This document shows, piece by piece, positions 7,714 to 16,225 of a DNA stretch of 27,311 nt. How positions within the stretch are numbered: position 1 is the stretch's first letter; each line of letters opens with the position of its first letter. Below the pieces are notes generated by a model. The model searched no databases, was not told the DNA's origin, and saw only the letters and a list, made by a program, of their open reading frames with translations. Location: the NCBI GenBank assembly GCA_964496235.1, contig CAZBYU010000002.1:1-27311 (forward strand). The letters are read 5' to 3'. A program made the translations under genes and the position numbers. This stretch comes from an uncultured Oscillospiraceae bacterium (GTDB taxonomy: Bacteria > Bacillota > Clostridia > Oscillospirales > Oscillospiraceae).

Positions 7714-9150
7714 TCAGCACTGCTTCATGACGCGAATGAAGAACTCAACCGCGCGTTCGATGACTTCAAGACGAATATGCTCGTCATTGCCGTGAATGGT
7801 GCTACGCTCCTCACCGGTGAGGTCCATGGCAGAGAAGCGGTAAACGCGGTCGCTTATCTCGCCGTAATGGCGGCTGTCGGAACACTGAACCATGAGGTAC
7901 GGGGAGACGACACAGCCCTTCCACGTGCCTGCGACGGCGTTTGCAACGCGCTCCCAGCCGATGCAATCGGTGCGGGAGATGGGGCTGGGGTTCATGCACT
8001 GACCGACGGAGAGCTTGATTTTGGGGTCATTGACGACAGAGGCAATATACTCCTTCGCGCTCTCAACGGTATCCTCGGGATTGAGGCGGAGGTTGGAGAC
8101 GATAGAGGCAGACGGCGGAATGACGTTGGGGGCCTTGCTACCGCTCATCTGGGTAAATGCAACGGTGGTACGCATAAGAGCATTAAGCTCACCGCCGGAC
8201 TTTTTGCAGATGGCATCAAGCACACCGCTAAAGCACCAGAGGTTGGAGAAGATGACGCGGTAAAGGAAGGTGGAACGGCGACCGAGCGTGTCGAACATCT
8301 CCGCCACGGGCTTGGTAAGATGCGCCTTGAACGGATGCTTTTCGACCTTGGTGCAAGCCTCAGACAGGCGGACAATGGGCGAATTGGGCTTGGGTGCGGA
8401 GGCGTGACCACCGGCGGAGGAAACGGAATACTCGAGGTTGAGCATACCCTTTTCCGCAATGCCGATGAGACCGCACGGCTCATGCACACCGGGGAAGATA
8501 TTGTCCACAACGCCGCCGCCCTCGTCGACGACCATTTCAAGCTCTATTCCCTGCTCCTTAAAGTAGTTGACAATATGACGCGCACCCTTGCCGTTTATCT
8601 CCTCGCCGCCGGAGAACGCGAAGTAGATATCGTTTTCGGGGGTGAAGCCCTGCTTTATGAGGTTCTCTGCGCCGGAGAGTATGCCGTTGAACGTGACCTT
8701 GGTGTCAAGAGTTCCGCGACCCCACATTATGCCGTCGCTGACCTCAGCCTCAAAGGCAGGGTGAGTCCAGTTTTCTTCCTCGACAGGCACAACATCATAG
8801 TGCGCCATGAGGACGGAGGGCTTGCCGTCACCCTTGCTACCCTTCCAGTGGAAAAGGAGACCTCTGTCTTCAAAGCGAGTGAGAGGGCAGGTCTTTATCA
8901 CGTTCGGGAAAAGCTCGGGAAGCTTGCCGATGAGCTTTTCAAACTCGGCATCGTCTTCAAGTGAGTGGTCATAATACGAGACGGTGCGGCATTTTATAAG
9001 CTCGGCGAGAGAGTTGACTGCAGCATCGCGGTCAAACTCAACAGGCTCAAACTCCTTTTTGCCGGTGTCCTTGGGCGTGAACATCGCCGCGCGAACGAGA
9101 ATAACGGCAAGAAACGCAACGATTGCCGCAAGAATTATCCAGCCTATCAT
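7714..9150 (-). CDS. M20-family metallopeptidase/amidohydrolase (carboxypeptidase-S/PM20D1-like) with an N-terminal membrane anchor
   Basis: 478 aa. AHYDVVP, GRGTLDTK, GGEE, VDEGG and IHGNDE metal-ligand motifs. Hydrophobic N-terminus MIGWIILAAIVAFLAVILVRAAMF. Confidence 0.9.
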   Translation of the reverse strand: MIGWIILAAIVAFLAVILVRAAMFTPKDTGKKEFEPVEFDRDAAVNSLAELIKCRTVSYYDHSLEDDAEFEKLIGKLPELFPNVIKTCPLTRFEDRGLLFHWKGSKGDGKPSVLMAHYDVVPVEEENWTHPAFEAEVSDGIMWGRGTLDTKVTFNGILSGAENLIKQGFTPENDIYFAFSGGEEINGKGARHIVNYFKEQGIELEMVVDEGGGVVDNIFPGVHEPCGLIGIAEKGMLNLEYSVSSAGGHASAPKPNSPIVRLSEACTKVEKHPFKAHLTKPVAEMFDTLGRRSTFLYRVIFSNLWCFSGVLDAICKKSGGELNALMRTTVAFTQMSGSKAPNVIPPSASIVSNLRLNPEDTVESAKEYIASVVNDPKIKLSVGQCMNPSPISRTDCIGWERVANAVAGTWKGCVVSPYLMVQCSDSRHYGEISDRVYRFSAMDLTGEERSTIHGNDEHIRLEVIERAVEFFIRVMKQC

Positions 9151-9191
9151 TATTTGTTTTCCTCCTTAGATTTTGCCTGATTTCGACTCAA

Positions 9192-9860
9192 TCAGTCGAG
9201 AACATGCTTTTTATAAAGAATTCTGGAGACACCGATGGTGAAGAGAACGCCGATGGGAACCATGATGCCGACAGTAGACGCGTTGAGTGCGGGTACGAAG
9301 ATGAAAAGCACCAGCATGAGGATAACAGGAGCAACGGCGATTTTCCAGTTCTTCGAGACAAACACGACGCCGAGTCCGCCGAAGAGTGCGGGAAGGATCT
9401 GTGCAAAGGCGGGGGCAAGCACAGGCGCGTCGAGAATCGGGGCAAGCGGCGTGATGAGGATAACACCGAGGATTATTATAAGCGTGGTGACGATGCTGGA
9501 AACCGCGATCGCGACAGTGGAGACGACCTCGCCCTCCTCGGAACGGATGCTGACATCCGCCTGGTCAAGCGCGTTGAGCGCGACGGGAAGCTTGAGGTTG
9601 GAGATATTGCCGGTGACAAAGCTGAGATATGAGCCGCCCGCGCCGAGCATGGGGACATAGGTGAAGGTCTCGACAATGCCGACTGCCCAGTACATGGGGG
9701 CGGTGGCGATGAAGCCCATCAAAAAGCCGTGCCAATCGGGGGTGGCGTTAAAGATTATGCCGACAAGCGCGGGGAACATCATAAGCACGACAACCATGCT
9801 CAGATTCCAAATGCGCCCGGCCTTATGTACAGAATGGATATAGGACGATTCGTTTTTCAT
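9192..9860 (-). CDS. Multi-pass membrane protein, partner of the DUF5058-like protein
   Basis: 222 aa, several hydrophobic helices, conserved-looking YLSFVTGNISNLKLP and EEGEVVSTVA segments. AGGAGGAGG RBS. Confidence 0.8.
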   Translation of the reverse strand: MKNESSYIHSVHKAGRIWNLSMVVVLMMFPALVGIIFNATPDWHGFLMGFIATAPMYWAVGIVETFTYVPMLGAGGSYLSFVTGNISNLKLPVALNALDQADVSIRSEEGEVVSTVAIAVSSIVTTLIIILGVILITPLAPILDAPVLAPAFAQILPALFGGLGVVFVSKNWKIAVAPVILMLVLFIFVPALNASTVGIMVPIGVLFTIGVSRILYKKHVLD

Positions 9861-9880
9861 TTCCGTTACCTCCTCCTATT

Positions 9881-10618
9881 TTAAGAAAGCCATGCGGTGA
9901 TGGGGATCGCGCTCGCCATGCCGATGATAAGACTTGCGGGGAGTGCATAGTCGCTGACCCAACGCCAGTTGGTCTTTTTCACAAGCACGCCCGCCACGCA
10001 CATAACAAGTGCGGACACGAACATGACCAGCGGCGGGATAAGACCGGAAAGGTTGCCGGAGAAGACAGAGCCGAAATCACAGAAAACATAGCCGAGAAAG
10101 GCAGAGATCATACCGGTGAACATAGAGGCAGAGAAAATCTCCGTCCACTTATGGTCACGGTTTTCCATGCTGATCATGCCCTTTTGCAGCTTTTCGGCAA
10201 CGACGGGAACAAGCCAGATGCCGATCATAATGCTGAGTGTCATGACCCATGCGATAGTGACATACTGCTGTGCGGTGAGGGAGGAAACCTGACCGAAGAC
10301 AAGCCCCATCGCGCTCTCCGCGTTCGACGCGGCAATGGTTTCATAAGAAAGCGAGCCGACGACGCTGAGTCTCAACCAAGGCAGAGGCACACCGAGGTCT
10401 TTTGCGAGAGTGATAACGCTGATGACGATGGCCACGGCAGGTGCAATGGTGAATATTGCCGCCGTGCGGGCAATGCGCTTTAGCTTTGCGCGTTCCATGC
10501 CGATGGCAAGACCGCGCCGCCACGCCTTGACGAGGAAAAACACCGACTGTGCAAGCACAGCGGCGATTATCACGCCGACGATGACGAAAAGAATGGGGCT
10601 GTTGACATTGAAAGTCAT
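9881..10618 (-). CDS. DUF5058-like multi-pass membrane protein
   Basis: 245 aa. LGVPLPWLRLSVVGSLSYE motif (my recollection of DUF5058) and about six hydrophobic segments. 20-nt gap to the partner gene. Confidence 0.8.
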   Translation of the reverse strand: MTFNVNSPILFVIVGVIIAAVLAQSVFFLVKAWRRGLAIGMERAKLKRIARTAAIFTIAPAVAIVISVITLAKDLGVPLPWLRLSVVGSLSYETIAASNAESAMGLVFGQVSSLTAQQYVTIAWVMTLSIMIGIWLVPVVAEKLQKGMISMENRDHKWTEIFSASMFTGMISAFLGYVFCDFGSVFSGNLSGLIPPLVMFVSALVMCVAGVLVKKTNWRWVSDYALPASLIIGMASAIPITAWLS

Positions 10619-10765
10619 TCTTCTTTTCTCCTTTGCTTACTTTTTTATATGCCTATATGAGTCTGCGAAAATATAAACATATTTTATCACAACACCGCGA
10701 TAAAGAAAAGGGGCAAGAGGGCAAAAATATGTCAATCTGCCTTGATTTTTCACGCACGCTTCTTT

Positions 10766-10821
10766 TTTACGCCGATTTTACTTCACGCGGCTTTCGGATT
10801 TTACGCATGAGGGGGTAATAT
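10766..10821 (+). promoter_or_regulatory. Candidate Pho box and -10 of the pst operon
   Basis: TTTAC at 10766 and 10777 (11-nt period) and again at 10800, followed by TAATAT at 10816-10821. There is no canonical -35, as expected for a PhoB/PhoP-activated promoter. Confidence 0.55.
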
Positions 10822-10892
10822 ATGCCTGCGTCCGAGAGGGGCGCGAAGGAAGAACAGGAAACAAACAAGCATAATCGAAAGGAGAAAAGGAT

Positions 10893-11705
10893 ATGAAAAA
10901 GATAATCGCAGTAATCATGGCGACCGTGATGTGCCTCGCGCTTGCCGCCTGCGGAGGCAACAACGACGTCAATTCCGGCAAAAGCGTGACCACAGACGGC
11001 TCGACCTCAATGAGCAAGGTAATAGGCGCGTTGGGCGAGGCATTCGAGAACGAGACCGGAATCACCGTAAGCTACAATGCGACAGGCTCCGGCTCAGGCA
11101 TTCAGGCCGTAGCAGAGGGCAGATGCGACATCGGGCTTTCAAGCCGCGCACTCAAGAGTGAGGAAGAGGCAAGGGGGATTACGGCAACCGTACTCGCCTA
11201 TGACGGCATAGCCATCATCGTAAACCCCGAAAACACGCTCAACGAGCTTAGCATTGCGGATATCGCCGCGATATACACCGGCGAAGTCACAAACTGGGCA
11301 GAACTCGGCGGCGCAGACGCGGAGATCGTTGTGATCGGGCGCGAGGGCGGAAGCGGTACGCGCGACGGCTTTGAGACCGTGACCGGCACGGTGGATATGT
11401 GCAAATACCGCCAGGAGCTGACTTCGACCGGTGATGTGATAACGGCGGTTGCGAGCAACCCCAATGCAATAGGCTATGCCTCTCTCGCCTCCGTAAAGGA
11501 CAGCGTAAAGGCGGTCACGGTTGACGGCGTTACCGCGAGCGAGGAGAGCGTAAAGGACGGCAGCTACGCCGTATCCCGCCCGTTCGTGCTGGTAACGTCG
11601 AATGACCGCGCACTTTCCGCCGAGGCACAGAGCTTCATCGACTTTGTCATCTCCGACGCCGCCGTGAGCATCATAAGCGAGGCTGGCGCAGTGAGCGCGA
11701 AGTGA
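10893..11705 (+). CDS. pstS: Phosphate ABC transporter substrate-binding lipoprotein
   Basis: 270 aa. Lipobox LAAC, DGSTSM, ATGSGSGI, GREGGSGTRDGF, NPNAIGY. AAAGGAG RBS. Confidence 0.95.
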   Translation: MKKIIAVIMATVMCLALAACGGNNDVNSGKSVTTDGSTSMSKVIGALGEAFENETGITVSYNATGSGSGIQAVAEGRCDIGLSSRALKSEEEARGITATVLAYDGIAIIVNPENTLNELSIADIAAIYTGEVTNWAELGGADAEIVVIGREGGSGTRDGFETVTGTVDMCKYRQELTSTGDVITAVASNPNAIGYASLASVKDSVKAVTVDGVTASEESVKDGSYAVSRPFVLVTSNDRALSAEAQSFIDFVISDAAVSIISEAGAVSAK

Positions 11706-11722
11706 ACAACAACGGAGTGTAA

Positions 11723-12595
11723 ATGAGAAAAAGACGGCTTATTGAGGGTGCGGTACACGGAGTGTTCGCGCTCTTCGGCGGGGTGTCGGTGGCGTGCGTG
11801 GCAGTGATAAGCATATACCTTATCATCTCCGGCATACCCGCAATGCGCGAGATAGGGCTTGGCAAATTCCTGCTGGGGCGAACGTGGGCTTCCAACGCCG
11901 CCTCCCCCGAATTCGGCATTCTGCCCTTTATCATGACGAGCATTTACGGCACGGCGGGGGCTCTTATTCTGGGCGTGCCGACGGGGTTTTTCACCGCGGT
12001 GTATTTATCCAAGTTTGCACCGACTGCGGTGCGGCGGGGTGTAGAACGCGCCGTGAACCTCTTGGCGGGTATTCCGTCGGTCGTTTACGGGCTGGTGGGT
12101 ATGCTGGTGCTTGTGCCGGGCGTGAGAAAACTGTTTCACGTGCCGGACGGAGCGAGCCTTCTGTCGGCAATAGTAGTGCTTGGGGTGATGATACTGCCAA
12201 GCCTTATAAAGGTATCGCTAACGGCATTGGACGCCGTGCCGCGCGAATATGAGGAGGCTTCGCTCGCACTCGGCGCAACTTTGACGGAAACGGCGTTTCG
12301 CGTATCCGTTCCGGCGGCAAAAAGCGGCATTGCGGCGGCAATAGTCCTCGGCGCGGGTCGCGCCGTGGGCGAGGCAATGGCGGTGATGATGGTTGCGGGT
12401 AATGTGGCGAACATGCCCTCACTTTTTCAAAGCGTCCGCTTTCTCACGACAGCTGTTGCAAGCGAGATGGCATATTCCAGCCCCGGCAGTTTACAGCGCG
12501 ACGCGCTGTTTTCCATCGCGCTGGTGCTGTACGTGTTCGTAATGCTGATAAACGCGGCGTTGAACGTTATGCTAAAGCGGCGCGGAGAGAGGTGA
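11723..12595 (+). CDS. pstC: Phosphate ABC transporter permease PstC
   Basis: 290 aa. LAGIPSVVYG, EEASLALGAT (EAA loop), GRAVGEAMAVMMVAGN. Confidence 0.95.
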   Translation: MRKRRLIEGAVHGVFALFGGVSVACVAVISIYLIISGIPAMREIGLGKFLLGRTWASNAASPEFGILPFIMTSIYGTAGALILGVPTGFFTAVYLSKFAPTAVRRGVERAVNLLAGIPSVVYGLVGMLVLVPGVRKLFHVPDGASLLSAIVVLGVMILPSLIKVSLTALDAVPREYEEASLALGATLTETAFRVSVPAAKSGIAAAIVLGAGRAVGEAMAVMMVAGNVANMPSLFQSVRFLTTAVASEMAYSSPGSLQRDALFSIALVLYVFVMLINAALNVMLKRRGER

Positions 12596-12599
12596 CAGC

Positions 12600-13442
12600 A
12601 TGGAGAAAAGGCGAAAAATATACACAGGCGCAATGCACACACTGATGACGGCGGCAATGGGACTAACCGCGGCACTGGCTGTTTTCATAATCATATACGT
12701 GTTTGCCAATGGGCTTGGCAGTCTGACATGGGAGTTTATCTCGACAAAGCCGAGCTATCTCGCCGGGAGAATCGGCATTTTGCCGGACATACTCAACACG
12801 CTGTACATCATTATCGCAACGCTTGCCGTCGTTTTGCCGCTGGGCGTGGGAGCGGCGATATTCCTAAACGAGTATTCGCAGAGCGGACGAGTGAGGTCGG
12901 TCATTGAGTACGCGGCGGAAACGCTGTCGGGTATTCCGTCAATAATCTACGGACTTGTCGGCATGCTCATATTTTCACGCAGTATGGGAACGAGCCTTGC
13001 CGCGGGTGCGATGACGCTTGTGATAATGAATCTGCCGACGGTGATGCGTACGGCACAAGAGAGTCTGAAAACCGTGCCGCAGTCATACCGCGAGGGTGCG
13101 TTCGGTCTCGGTGCGGGGAAATGGCGGGTGATAAGCACGGTCGTTCTCCCCTGCTGTGTGGACGGAATAATAACCGGGTGCATACTCTCGGTCGGGCGCA
13201 TACTGGGCGAATCGGCGGCATTGCTGTTCACGGCGGGGCTTGCACACAACCTGAACGGTCTTGTTGAGGGGCTGTCCCGTCCGGGTGCAACACTGTCGGT
13301 GGCGTTATACGTATACGCAAAAGAAGAGGGCGAGTTCGGCGCGGCATTCGCAATAGGCGCGATACTGCTTGTTTTGACGCTGGTGATAAACCTTGCGGCT
13401 GAGCTTGTAGGCAGATACTTTGCAAAAAGGAGAAGCACATGA
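12600..13442 (+). CDS. pstA: Phosphate ABC transporter permease PstA
   Basis: 280 aa. [29 protein letters not shown]. Confidence 0.95.
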   Translation: MEKRRKIYTGAMHTLMTAAMGLTAALAVFIIIYVFANGLGSLTWEFISTKPSYLAGRIGILPDILNTLYIIIATLAVVLPLGVGAAIFLNEYSQSGRVRSVIEYAAETLSGIPSIIYGLVGMLIFSRSMGTSLAAGAMTLVIMNLPTVMRTAQESLKTVPQSYREGAFGLGAGKWRVISTVVLPCCVDGIITGCILSVGRILGESAALLFTAGLAHNLNGLVEGLSRPGATLSVALYVYAKEEGEFGAAFAIGAILLVLTLVINLAAELVGRYFAKRRST

Positions 13443-14194
13443 ACGAGATTATAACGGCGCGTGAACTGAAGCTGTGGTACGGCGAGAACGCGGCATTGAA
13501 AGGGATTGACCTTGCCATTCCCGAAAAGAGCATTACCGCGCTGATAGGTCCGTCCGGCTGTGGAAAGACCACTTTTCTGAAAACTCTGAACCGCATGAAT
13601 GACCTTGTACCCGGCGTGAAAATAACCGGCGAGGTCAAATATAAGGGGGAGAGCATTTTCGCAAAGAGTGTGGACGTGAGCGAACTGAGGCGCAGTATAG
13701 GCATGGTCTTTCAAAAGCCGAACCCTTTCCCCATGAGCATTTACGACAACGTCGCATACGGTCCGCGTACACACGGAGTAAAGGCGCGGCAGGAGCTTGA
13801 CGATATAGTGGAGGAGGCTTTGCGCGGCGCGGCGGTATGGGACGAGGTGAAGGACAGGCTGAAAAAAAGTGCGCTCGGTCTATCCGGCGGACAGCAACAG
13901 CGGCTTTGCATTGCACGCGCTCTCGCCGTCAAGCCGGAGGTATTGCTCATGGATGAGCCGACAAGCGCACTCGACCCGATTTCGACGGCGCGTATAGAGG
14001 AGTTGGCGTTGCAATTAAAAGAAAAATACACTATAATCACCGTGACCCACAACATGCAACAGGCCGCGCGTATATCCGACATGACCGCCTTTTTCCTTTT
14101 AGGTGAGCTTGTGGAGTTCAGCGACACGAAAACGCTTTTCTCCGCGCCGAGAGACACGCGCACAGCCGACTACATATCCGGCAGATTCGGCTGA
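13439..14194 (+). CDS. pstB: Phosphate ABC transporter ATPase
   Basis: 251 aa. Walker [44 protein letters not shown] overlap with pstA. Confidence 0.97.
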   Translation: MNEIITARELKLWYGENAALKGIDLAIPEKSITALIGPSGCGKTTFLKTLNRMNDLVPGVKITGEVKYKGESIFAKSVDVSELRRSIGMVFQKPNPFPMSIYDNVAYGPRTHGVKARQELDDIVEEALRGAAVWDEVKDRLKKSALGLSGGQQQRLCIARALAVKPEVLLMDEPTSALDPISTARIEELALQLKEKYTIITVTHNMQQAARISDMTAFFLLGELVEFSDTKTLFSAPRDTRTADYISGRFG

Positions 14195-14232
14195 TAAAGA
14201 GCCACAATTGCCGACAGGGAGATGATAAGCTT

Positions 14233-14907
14233 ATGATTTGGTGCGTTGACGACGAGGGGACAATACGCGATATCGAGGTATACACACTCACGCAAACAGG
14301 CTTTGACGCAAGGGGCTTTGCCGACGGCGCGGCAATGTTCGCGGCACTGGAGTATGAAACACCGGAGCTTATAGTGCTGGATATCATGCTACCCGGCATG
14401 GACGGCGTGGATATACTGAAAAAGCTACGTTCCTCGAGTGCGTGGCGGAATATCCCCGTGATAATGGCAACTGCTAAGGGTACGGAGATGGACAAGATAC
14501 AATCTCTCGACACAGGGGCAGATGATTATCTCGTCAAGCCCTTCGGAATGATGGAGATGGTGTCACGCATAAAGGCAGTGCTTCGCCGCTGTGGCGGCGC
14601 AGAGCGCACGGACGCGCTTGATTTTTGCGAAATAAGTCTCAACGACGCGGCGCGTACCGTGACGGTAAACGGCGCGGCAGTGAGCCTGACATACAAAGAA
14701 TTCGAGATATTGAAGCTATTCATGCGTCACCCCGGAGCGGTGCTTTCTAGGGAAAAGCTACTGTCGGAGGTATGGGGTGTGGATTATTTGGGCGAATCGC
14801 GGACGGTGGACATGCACATCAAAACCCTGCGGCAAAAGCTGGGGAGTGCGGGCAGACACATCGAAACTGTGATAAACGTCGGTTACAGATTGGGGAGCGG
14901 CAAATGA
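14233..14907 (+). CDS. phoB: OmpR/PhoB-family response regulator (PhoB/PhoP)
   Basis: 224 aa. VDDE, LDIMLPGMDG, ADDYLVKPF; winged helix SRTVDMHIKTLRQKL, NVGY. Lies directly after pstB. Confidence 0.88.
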   Translation: MIWCVDDEGTIRDIEVYTLTQTGFDARGFADGAAMFAALEYETPELIVLDIMLPGMDGVDILKKLRSSSAWRNIPVIMATAKGTEMDKIQSLDTGADDYLVKPFGMMEMVSRIKAVLRRCGGAERTDALDFCEISLNDAARTVTVNGAAVSLTYKEFEILKLFMRHPGAVLSREKLLSEVWGVDYLGESRTVDMHIKTLRQKLGSAGRHIETVINVGYRLGSGK

Positions 14908-16124
14908 GCCGAAGAATATTCAGATCTATCATGGCGGTGGCATTGAGTGTGCTTGCCGCCGGGCTTTTGATCGCGGGGAGCTTCTTTTACGGTTTCTATG
15001 CCTCCGCCGAGAGCGGCAGACTGCGCGAGGAACTGTTGCTTGCAAGCGTTGCGGCAGAGAACGAGGGTGTGGCATATTTCGACGCGCTGGGTGAGCGAGA
15101 TTTTCGCTTTACGCTGGTTTCGGGAGAGGGCATGGTGCTGTATGACAGCATGGCCGATGCCGACATGATGGAAAACCACCTCGATCGAGAAGAGATAAGC
15201 GAGGCACTGAACACCGGATACGGTAGCAGTGTGCGCTATTCCACCACGCTCACGCGGCGCACCTCGTATGAGGCCGTGCGCTTAAACGACGGGAGCGTAC
15301 TACGCATAGCGTCGACGCAGTTCACGCTCGGCACACTGATAACTGGCATGCTACCGGCGATATGCGCGGTAATACTCATATCGGTCGTGACGGCAATAGT
15401 GCTGTCTCAGCGCATGGCGAAAAGTCTCATCAAACCGATAGAGGCACATGACGAGCGCAACAGGCGCGAATTCACGGCGAACGTGTCGCACGAGCTGAAG
15501 ACCCCTCTGCAAACCATAATCGGCAGTGCGGAGCTTTTGGAAACCGGTCTTGTAAAGCCGGAGGACACACCGCGTTTTGTCGGCAACATCAAGTCGGAGG
15601 CTGAGCGGCTTGTCGCGCTGATAAACGACATTATACGCCTTTCCCAGCTCGACGAGGGGGCTGAAATACCGACGGAGACGGTCAATCTGCGTGATGTAGC
15701 CGAGGAGGTAATTGACGTGCTGACCCCTGCGGCGGAGAAACGGAACGTCAGCCTCGGTGTAATCGGCGAGGCAAGCTTGGACAAAGGCATAAGACGGTAC
15801 ATGTACGAGATATTATACAATCTCTGCGACAACGCAATACGCTACAACGTCGAGGGCGGCAAGGTCAACGTGACGGTGAAAAATGGAGTGGATTGCACCG
15901 TTATATCGGTCAGCGACACCGGCATAGGCATTCCGCGCGAGCATCAAGAGCGCGTTTTCGAGCGGTTTTATCGCGTGGACAAGAGCCATTCCCGCGAAAC
16001 CGGCGGCACAGGACTCGGTCTTTCCATCGTCAAGCATGCCGCCGCCTGTCAAGGCGGCACGGTGACGCTCGAAAGCAGCGTGGGCAAAGGCACGACCGTG
16101 AATGTAGTGTTTAGGAATAAATAA
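14904..16124 (+). CDS. phoR: PhoR-like sensor histidine kinase, short form lacking a HAMP/PAS linker
   Basis: Start re-assigned to ATG 14904 (ATGA overlap with phoB), giving 406 aa. Two TM helices flank an extracellular domain. H-box ANVSHELKTPL, N-box DNAIRYN, DTGIGI, FERFYRVD, GTGLGLSIVK. Confidence 0.88.
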   Translation: MSRRIFRSIMAVALSVLAAGLLIAGSFFYGFYASAESGRLREELLLASVAAENEGVAYFDALGERDFRFTLVSGEGMVLYDSMADADMMENHLDREEISEALNTGYGSSVRYSTTLTRRTSYEAVRLNDGSVLRIASTQFTLGTLITGMLPAICAVILISVVTAIVLSQRMAKSLIKPIEAHDERNRREFTANVSHELKTPLQTIIGSAELLETGLVKPEDTPRFVGNIKSEAERLVALINDIIRLSQLDEGAEIPTETVNLRDVAEEVIDVLTPAAEKRNVSLGVIGEASLDKGIRRYMYEILYNLCDNAIRYNVEGGKVNVTVKNGVDCTVISVSDTGIGIPREHQERVFERFYRVDKSHSRETGGTGLGLSIVKHAAACQGGTVTLESSVGKGTTVNVVFRNK

Positions 16125-16132
16125 AACGGCAC

Positions 16133-16162
16133 AAAAGCAACCTCAATATGAGGTTGCTTTTT
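16133..16162 (+). terminator. Intrinsic terminator of the pst-pho operon
   Basis: AAAAGCAACCTCA-ATA-TGAGGTTGCTTTTT, 8 nt after the phoR stop. Confidence 0.88.
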
Positions 16163-16182
16163 CTTCCAACACATGCTATATT
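16154..16182 (+). promoter_or_regulatory. Sigma-A promoter for the acyltransferase gene, overlapping the terminator
   Basis: TTGCTT (16154-16159), 17 nt, TATATT (16177-16182), with an extended TG at 16174-16175. Confidence 0.65.
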
Positions 16183-16225
16183 GTATTTTACATTTGAAAC
16201 TATTAACCCACAGGAGAGGCACACA

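Noticed and set aside
7699-8964. 421-aa + strand ORF over the M20 gene
   Set aside because: In-register antisense shadow of a codon-biased gene, with no domain motifs.
6557-9150. ddl next to a peptidase as a possible van-type glycopeptide resistance cluster
   Set aside because: The omega loop is AKY (D-Ala-D-Ala type), the peptidase is M20 rather than VanX/VanY (M15), and there is no vanH, vanT or adjacent vanRS.
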